Shown here piece after piece: positions 57,805 to 64,000 of a stretch of DNA of 64,000 nucleotides. Source of the DNA: Bacteroidia bacterium (GTDB lineage: Bacteria; Bacteroidota; Bacteroidia; Bacteroidales; VadinHA17); contig JAPLEB010000124.1 in assembly GCA_026391555.1 (NCBI GenBank), positions 66,268 to 130,267 of the forward strand, given 5' to 3'. The position numbers and the translations under genes are program-made. A model generated the notes under the pieces. It was given only the letters and a program-made list of their open reading frames with translations. It was not told the origin of the DNA and searched no databases. Every line of letters starts with the position of its first letter. Position 1 is the first letter of the stretch.

Positions 57805-58929
57805 TTATATTGTATTATTAATCAGGCCATTTACATATTTTGCAATCGCAATTGAAGAAGTTAATGCCGGCGATTCCATGCCAATCAGGTTAATAAAATC
57901 CGGAAACCCTCTGTTACTCTCTTCCATAATATAATAATCCCTGAGAGGCTCTCCCGGCTTCTGTATCTTCGGACGGATTCCTGCCATTTCAGGAGCAATA
58001 TCTTCATACTCAAGGAAAGGAAGGAATTTCTTTGCCGACTTATAGAATGCCTCTTGTTTAGAGGCGGTTAGTTTGTAATCATAAACATTTGATTCAAGAT
58101 ATTTCACATCGGGACCAAGTTTAACCCCGCCACCCATATCAATAGTAACATGAACACCAATACCCTCCATATTTGGATGTGGAACCGGATAAATCAGTCT
58201 TTTTACCAGCCTGTTTTTTGGCGGATTAATTCTGAAATACTCCCCTTTGCAGAATAAAATCTTCAGGTTTTCATCAATTATTCCAACCATTTCAGATACT
58301 TTGTCCGAAGTAAGTCCTGCAGAGTTGATCACAATCCCGGAGGTAAAACTGTATTTGCTTTTATCGGCATCGAGAAGTGAAACCTCGTATCCATTTTTAA
58401 TCCGCTTTATTCCGGTCACTTCACTTCCATAAACAATCTGACAGCCATTATTTATGCTATTTGTTTCGTACTGTTTCATCAGAGAATGGGAGTCAATAAT
58501 TCCTGTTGAGGGCGAAAAGAGAGCTTTTAAAGCAAAGATGTTTGGTTCCATTTCAGCTATCTGATACTTTTCAAGCACAACCAGATCATCAACCCCGTTC
58601 TTTATTGCTGTCTGCCTTATCCCCTCAATAACAGAAATTTCATTTTCAGAAGTGGCTACAATCAGTTTTCCGCAATTATTAAAAGGGACGTCATATTTTT
58701 TGCAATAGTCATATAGAAGTCTCTTCCCCTCAACACAAAGCCTGGCCTTCAGGCTATCTTTAGTGTAATAGATCCCGGCATGTATCACTTCGCTGTTCCG
58801 GCTGCTGGTCTCCTGCCCGAACGACGGATGTTTTTCGATCAGGAAAACATTGGAATATTCCTCTGATACCTTTTCAGCAATAGCAAGACCGACTACCCCT
58901 GCACCGATAATTGTGATTTCAGCATCCAT
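57805..58929 (-). CDS. FAD-dependent oxidoreductase, L-2-hydroxyglutarate-oxidase-like
   Basis: Start taken at ATG 58929 (MDAEITIIGAGVVGLAIA, a dinucleotide-binding fold). The 48 upstream codons in the track ORF look non-coding. Confidence 0.75.
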   Translation of the reverse strand: MDAEITIIGAGVVGLAIAEKVSEEYSNVFLIEKHPSFGQETSSRNSEVIHAGIYYTKDSLKARLCVEGKRLLYDYCKKYDVPFNNCGKLIVATSENEISVIEGIRQTAIKNGVDDLVVLEKYQIAEMEPNIFALKALFSPSTGIIDSHSLMKQYETNSINNGCQIVYGSEVTGIKRIKNGYEVSLLDADKSKYSFTSGIVINSAGLTSDKVSEMVGIIDENLKILFCKGEYFRINPPKNRLVKRLIYPVPHPNMEGIGVHVTIDMGGGVKLGPDVKYLESNVYDYKLTASKQEAFYKSAKKFLPFLEYEDIAPEMAGIRPKIQKPGEPLRDYYIMEESNRGFPDFINLIGMESPALTSSIAIAKYVNGLINNTI

Positions 58930-59046
58930 TATTTCAATTCTTCTGATAATAAATAAAATTGCAATATTTTCGTCTGTTAAAAATATGAGAAAAACCGGTT
59001 GATATATTAACAGATCAATATTATATTTACAAGTAATAAAAAATTG

Positions 59047-59748
59047 ATGAAAAACAGATTTAAGATGAGACATTTTAAGAATCGGATTAACATCGTTAAA
59101 ACCATACTAATGGTGATCATTTTTGGTCTCTCTTTACCGCTTAAGTCACAAACCACCTCTGACGGATCTTCACCACAATTCCTTTTTCCTGATTTTTCCA
59201 AGGGCCAGGTCAGTTTGAAAAACGGCAGTAGTCAAACTGCTCTATTGAATTATAATACGCTATCAGAAAAGATGGTATTTGAAAAGGAGGGCAAATTGTA
59301 TAATCTGGAGAACAGCCAAATGATTGATTCTGTTTACCTGCAAAATAGTAAGTTTGTCCCGATCGGGAAGATTTATTACGAAGTATTGCTTATTGCTCCC
59401 ATCTCCCTGTTTATCCAGAACAAATCGGAATTGGTGCCTGCCGGAACTCCGGCGGCTTACGGCGGTACTTCACAGGTTTCCAGTACAAAAGTTTTATCAT
59501 CAGTTGAACTTTCAGGTGGTTATTATAATCTTAAGTTGCCTCCGGATTATATAGTAAAAGCAGATCCTGTTTATTGGATCAGAAAGGATAATAATATGTA
59601 CAGTTTTATGAATGAAAGGCAGTTTCTCAAAATATTTCCCGATAAAGAAGTGGCGTTAAAACGATTCATTAAACAAAACCGTATCAAATTTGATATACTT
59701 TCCAATTTGGTCAGTCTTGTTGAACACTGCAACGAATTGAATCAATAA
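59047..59748 (+). CDS. Secreted hypothetical protein
   Basis: A hydrophobic signal-like segment ILMVIIFGLSLPLKSQ follows a basic N-terminus. No family recognised. Confidence 0.45.
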   Translation: MKNRFKMRHFKNRINIVKTILMVIIFGLSLPLKSQTTSDGSSPQFLFPDFSKGQVSLKNGSSQTALLNYNTLSEKMVFEKEGKLYNLENSQMIDSVYLQNSKFVPIGKIYYEVLLIAPISLFIQNKSELVPAGTPAAYGGTSQVSSTKVLSSVELSGGYYNLKLPPDYIVKADPVYWIRKDNNMYSFMNERQFLKIFPDKEVALKRFIKQNRIKFDILSNLVSLVEHCNELNQ

Positions 59749-59893
59749 AAACTTTCTTCAGGATACAGATTAAGGCAGGTCAACCAGAAAAGTTTTGGAT
59801 TTTTTTCTGAAAGGATTATAATTATATCAGGATAATTATTAATTTTATAATATTGAATATTAGTATTTTTGGATTTGGTAATAAAAAGTGAGT

Positions 59894-60622
59894 ATGAAAA
59901 GGGCGCTAATATTTGTTTGTTTTGTAGTTCTTCTGGTATGTCCGGTAGATGCTCAGCAGAATATCACAGCTTTAAACAAGGTTGATCCCGGTTACTTCGT
60001 TACCCATAATCGCGAGGAATTAATCCGGAAACTTATTGATCTGCCTTGTGGAATACAGGCTGATGATCCGGTAAAATTAATCCTCGAGAAGGTGCAGAAC
60101 TATCTTGTTGCATTTCAACCGTCTGAAGAGTATTCAGATGACGCGTATGCAAAAGCAGCTAATCTTCAGGCACTAAAGAGTGTAATGCAGGGAGGGTATG
60201 GCATTGGGTCTGTACTCATTGACCAGAAAGGCAAAATAATCGCTGCGGCTCACAACAGCCAGATTCAGAAACACCGCTCTGATCTGCATGCTGAGATGAC
60301 TCTGCTGACAAATTTTGAGGAGAGTTGCCTTGCTAAGCAATATGTTAATATTTACGTATATAAGCCAGGGTTAATTGTATTCAGTTCAGCTGAACCATGC
60401 CCGATGTGTTATATAAGGATTAATACCGCCGGTGCAGATACCAAATATTGCACACCGGGACCAGATGACGGAATGGTAAGCCGTACTGATTTTCTTCCCC
60501 CGGCATGGAAAGAGATGGCAATGAAACGGAAAGTCAGTATTGGTGTTTGCTCACCTGTAATGCAAAAGATATCGCACCTTCTATTCTATTCCTTCCTCCT
60601 CGATGACCGTGGGCCGAAATAG
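59894..60622 (+). CDS. CDA-fold (cytidine/deoxycytidylate-type) zinc deaminase with N-terminal signal peptide
   Basis: N-terminus MKRALIFVCFVVLLVCPVDAQQ. Zinc motifs HAEMTLL and PCPMC are at the expected spacing. Confidence 0.7.
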   Translation: MKRALIFVCFVVLLVCPVDAQQNITALNKVDPGYFVTHNREELIRKLIDLPCGIQADDPVKLILEKVQNYLVAFQPSEEYSDDAYAKAANLQALKSVMQGGYGIGSVLIDQKGKIIAAAHNSQIQKHRSDLHAEMTLLTNFEESCLAKQYVNIYVYKPGLIVFSSAEPCPMCYIRINTAGADTKYCTPGPDDGMVSRTDFLPPAWKEMAMKRKVSIGVCSPVMQKISHLLFYSFLLDDRGPK

Positions 60623-60877
60623 ATAATTTTATCTTTTTACCTGGCAACAGTGAATCACTTATTAAAATAAGAAAACTCTTTAAGAAAACAGCAACTTCAA
60701 TGTAGCCAATTTAGTCCGGCTTTTGTATTAATATCTGACAGTTTTGTTGCGTCTTCTAATAATTAAAGTTGCGTTATCGAGTTTAACCTGCATTTATAAT
60801 AAAATATTAATTTGTTTTGCACTTTATGCTTGTTTTCCTACTTTTGTCGAACTCTGTAAATCATTTCGTCTGATTAT

Positions 60878-61092
<215 letters not shown>

Positions 61093-61392
61093 AAGGCTCC
61101 CCCAGGGGATCACGACCGAACGAAGTGAGGTCGTAATCCCCTTGACTCTCAAACTCATTAAACGCTTGTCATTCTGAGCGAAGCGAAGAATCTCATACTT
61201 TTAGTCGGTCAGTAATGATTGATTATTTATGTTTTAGAAGCATATTTTTTTCACGGGATTAAGATTATTTGATTTTTATTTTGTATTATTCCATAATTTA
61301 ATTATATTCGCACTGTAATTTTTAAACTGAAACGATTAAAATATATAGATCGGAAGTTGTTAAATAAACAAAGAATTAAAAAGATTAGAAAA

Positions 61393-61992
61393 ATGAAGAA
61401 CAAAGTTTTAATGGGATTAGCAACTATAGTAATGGTTGCAGTCCTTTCTGGTTGTGGTAAAAAACCACAGGTTGAAATTGATGCAACTAATGCAGCTATT
61501 GAAGCTGCCAAAACTGCTGAAGCAGCAGTTTACGTACCTGCTGAATTTGCAGCTGTACAGGATTCAATGAATGCTATTAATGCTGACATTGCAGTTCAGG
61601 AATCAAAATTATTTAAGAACTTTAAAACAGCTAAAGCAAAACTTGCCACTACCTTAACTCTTGCAAATCAGGTTGCTGCTAATGCTGCTGTTAAGAAAGA
61701 AGAAGTTAAGAAAGAGGTAGAAACCTTAATGACAGAGATCAAAACTGTTCTTGAAGAGAACAAAACTCTTATGAAAAAAGCTCCAAGAGGAAAAGAAGGA
61801 GCAGCTGTTCTTGAACAGATTAAAACTGAAATGGCTACAATCGAAGGTTCTGTAGTTGAAGCACAGGGTTTGTATGATAGTGGTACATACATGGATGCTC
61901 TCAACAAAGTTAAAGCTGCTAAAGAAAGAGCAGTTGGTATCAATACCGAACTTAAAGAAGCTATTGCAAAAGTAAAAGGAAAGAAAAAGTAA
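61393..61992 (+). CDS. Ala/Lys/Glu-rich helical lipoprotein (DUF4398-like) ending in KGKKK
   Basis: Start taken at ATG 61393 (MKNKVLMGLATIVMVAVLSGC lipobox). The motif AAIEAAKTAEAAVYVPAEFAAVQDSM is DUF4398-like. The sequence is predicted helical throughout. Confidence 0.7.
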   Translation: MKNKVLMGLATIVMVAVLSGCGKKPQVEIDATNAAIEAAKTAEAAVYVPAEFAAVQDSMNAINADIAVQESKLFKNFKTAKAKLATTLTLANQVAANAAVKKEEVKKEVETLMTEIKTVLEENKTLMKKAPRGKEGAAVLEQIKTEMATIEGSVVEAQGLYDSGTYMDALNKVKAAKERAVGINTELKEAIAKVKGKKK

Positions 61993-62023
61993 TTAATAAT
62001 TACTATCTTATTTAATATATAAT

Positions 62024-62050
62024 CCCCGGGAAATTCCCGGGGTTTTTTTT
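62024..62050 (+). terminator. Intrinsic terminator
   Basis: The palindrome ccccgggaaattcccgggg is followed by a run of eight T, 32 nt after the stop. Confidence 0.75.
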
Positions 62051-62069
62051 AAAATCGTCACAGGTTTAC

Positions 62070-63182
62070 ATGAGAAAGGATTGGAGAGATGTGCTGATTT
62101 TCGCTGCTGTTGCAGTGTCTATGCCCTTAATTGTCTTGCTTTTAATCCGTTTTACCCCTCAGCCTCCCATTGGTGAAATGGAATATGCCAGAGAAACTCT
62201 ATCAAAGGCAGGGAAAAACAATGCCGATACTTACTCTAAAAAGTTATATTCCGAGGCAAAAATCTTCTATGATTCAGCAATGGTAAACTGGCAGAAAGAA
62301 AACGAAAGATTTCTTTATTTCAGAGATTACGATAAGGTTGCAATGTTCGCAGAACTTTCAGCAAAAAAAGCAAGCCAGGCAGGAGCGAATTCCATAAGCA
62401 GTACATCAAACCTTAAAATAAACCTGAAACAGAAAATTGATTTTCTTAATGATCTTATTTCTGATATCAATGAACTGTTCACTACTTATCCGCTGAGCTC
62501 TGAAATAAGAAACCGCATCTCCAAAGGAAAAATGTTGCTTACGGAGGCAGAAATAGCATATAAAAAAGGGCAATATCTGCAGGCGAACAGAAAAATAACT
62601 GATTCGGAATATCTCCTCACAGCATCATATGAAAATGCAGCATCAAATCTTAAGAACTATTTCAAGTCATATTCAGTCTGGGAAAATTGGGTTGAAAAGA
62701 CAATAAATGAATCGAAAAAAAATCGTGATTATTCAATAATTATCGATAAATATTCAAGAAAATGCTTTGTCTATCTTAATGGTACCAAAAAATACGAATT
62801 TGAAGCCGAACTGGGCAAAAACTGGGTTGGCGATAAAAGAGTGAAAGGAGATAAAGCTACCCCGGAAGGGATGTACAAGATAACGAAAAAAATCGAAGGA
62901 CGTAAGACCAAATACTATAAAGCCCTGTTACTCGACTATCCAAATGATGAAGATAAGGAGAAATTCAAATCGGAGATTGCACGTGGCTCACTTCCTGCAT
63001 CTGCAAAGATCGGTGATTTGATCGAGATACACGGTAACGGTGGAAAGGGGATAGACTGGACTGAAGGATGTGTTGCTCTCACTGACAAGGAAATGGATGT
63101 GATCTTTAAGATTGTAAAAGTGGGTACTCTTGTTACAATAGTAGGTTCGATGGTTGATCTTCAAAATGTTGTGAACAGATAA
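62070..63182 (+). CDS. L,D-transpeptidase (YkuD) with N-terminal TM anchor and DUF4398-like helical region
   Basis: The C-terminal catalytic motif IEIHGNGGKGIDWTEGCVAL fits H..G....T.GC. The N-terminal YARETLSKAGKNNADTYSKKLYSEAKIFYDSA resembles the preceding lipoprotein. Confidence 0.85.
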   Translation: MRKDWRDVLIFAAVAVSMPLIVLLLIRFTPQPPIGEMEYARETLSKAGKNNADTYSKKLYSEAKIFYDSAMVNWQKENERFLYFRDYDKVAMFAELSAKKASQAGANSISSTSNLKINLKQKIDFLNDLISDINELFTTYPLSSEIRNRISKGKMLLTEAEIAYKKGQYLQANRKITDSEYLLTASYENAASNLKNYFKSYSVWENWVEKTINESKKNRDYSIIIDKYSRKCFVYLNGTKKYEFEAELGKNWVGDKRVKGDKATPEGMYKITKKIEGRKTKYYKALLLDYPNDEDKEKFKSEIARGSLPASAKIGDLIEIHGNGGKGIDWTEGCVALTDKEMDVIFKIVKVGTLVTIVGSMVDLQNVVNR

Positions 63183-63192
63183 ATTATCTGAT

Positions 63193-64000
63193 ATGGAAAA
63201 TAACAAGATAATGAATGACGGGTCACAGCCTGAAGTTGAGAAAAATCTTGGTGAGGCCGATCTTACTAATAATGAGGGTATTATTCAGATAATAAACTCA
63301 TTAAGGCAAAAGTTACTTGCAAAGGAAAAACTTTTCCATATTTTGCACAGTCTTCTTATTATCCTTATTCCAATTATTGTTGTTTTTTCCATATTTATCT
63401 TCATCCTTTACCTTGTCCCTGTTTTACAGGAAATGATGCCAGGTCAGAAAACTGAAATAACAAACGATAAGGAATTAAAGAAGAGCGCCTCCTATAAAAA
63501 GCAAATAAGCCTGATGAAAGCTGATATTCAGCGTCTCTCAAGAAAATATAATTCATATACTTCCGGGCAATCATACATTGTTATTAATACCACCGGTAAC
63601 AGATTCTTTCTTTATAGAAATAAAATACTTCTGAGAGAGGGATTCTGCAGTACAGGCAGCTTAATGATGCTTAAAACAGAAAAGGGCAAGGTTTGGGTTT
63701 TTAAAACACCAAGGGGAAAACGTTGGATACAAGGAAAAATAACAAATCCTTCATGGAAAAGACCAGACTGGTCATTTATTGAAGAGGGATCACCTGTACC
63801 CGCAAAGGATGACCCCTCCCGATGGGAATCCGGGGTGCTGGGCGATTATGCCTTGGGTATCGGTGACGGATACCTGATACACGGAACTATTTATAAGCGT
63901 TTTCTTGGAATGCCTGTTACTCATGGCTGTGTCCGGTTGAATGATGAAGATCTTGAAGTAGTCTATAATAACCTTAACATTGGTTCTAAAGTATATATTT
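63193..64000 (+). CDS. L,D-transpeptidase (YkuD) with TM anchor; runs off the right edge
   Basis: Absent from the track because there is no stop in the window. From ATG 63193 it reads MENNKIMNDG..., then a TM (LLIILIPIIVVFSIFIFILYLV), then YLIHGTIYKRFLGMPVTHGCVRL. Confidence 0.8.
   Translation, partial: MENNKIMNDGSQPEVEKNLGEADLTNNEGIIQIINSLRQKLLAKEKLFHILHSLLIILIPIIVVFSIFIFILYLVPVLQEMMPGQKTEITNDKELKKSASYKKQISLMKADIQRLSRKYNSYTSGQSYIVINTTGNRFFLYRNKILLREGFCSTGSLMMLKTEKGKVWVFKTPRGKRWIQGKITNPSWKRPDWSFIEEGSPVPAKDDPSRWESGVLGDYALGIGDGYLIHGTIYKRFLGMPVTHGCVRLNDEDLEVVYNNLNIGSKVYI

Noticed and set aside
61165-61195. gtcattctgagcgaagcgaagaatctc, a motif that resembles a short repeat I associate with Bacteroidota intergenic regions.
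   Set aside because: There is a single copy in the window with only a 5-bp potential stem. I cannot verify the family from memory, so it is not reported as a feature.

Overview
AT-rich Bacteroidota-type chromosomal window. All calls come from reading the ORF translations and the DNA by eye; no database search was run. About 5.2-43.3 kb is one large polysaccharide-utilisation locus (PUL). It holds a hybrid two-component regulator (HTCS), a SusC/SusD pair, a tandem-repeat surface lipoprotein, and two PL6-type lyases. It also holds five intact S1 sulfatases (four Ser-type), one decayed sulfatase paralog, a GH2, four enzymes/proteins with T9SS C-terminal sorting domains, and a tightly packed trio of Tat-signal enzymes (Gfo/Idh/MocA oxidoreductase, xylose-isomerase-like TIM barrel, enolase-superfamily protein). 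The substrate looks like a sulfated uronic-acid polysaccharide but cannot be assigned. The left flank carries a partial propeller sensor, a DUF4143 AAA ATPase, uvrB, and a vapBC cassette flanked by a duplicated gene end. At 43.4-56.3 kb, a segment bracketed by directly repeated IS1380-like remnants carries two sensor PP2C/SpoIIE phosphatases, a recombinase relic and a LytS/LytTR-linked operon. That operon encodes a DUF1566 lipoprotein, a TonB receptor and a polytopic membrane protein, and is preceded by a 9-12-9 direct repeat. The right flank has an alginate-lyase-family gene, an LhgO-like oxidoreductase, a signal-peptide deaminase and tRNA-Ser(GCT) followed by a nested palindromic element. 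It ends with a helical lipoprotein terminating in KKK next to two L,D-transpeptidases. A short IS-end/MITE family (consensus ATGAATnAnnCAGG) recurs five times, always just upstream of plus-strand genes. No CRISPR array, rRNA or intact transposase was seen.
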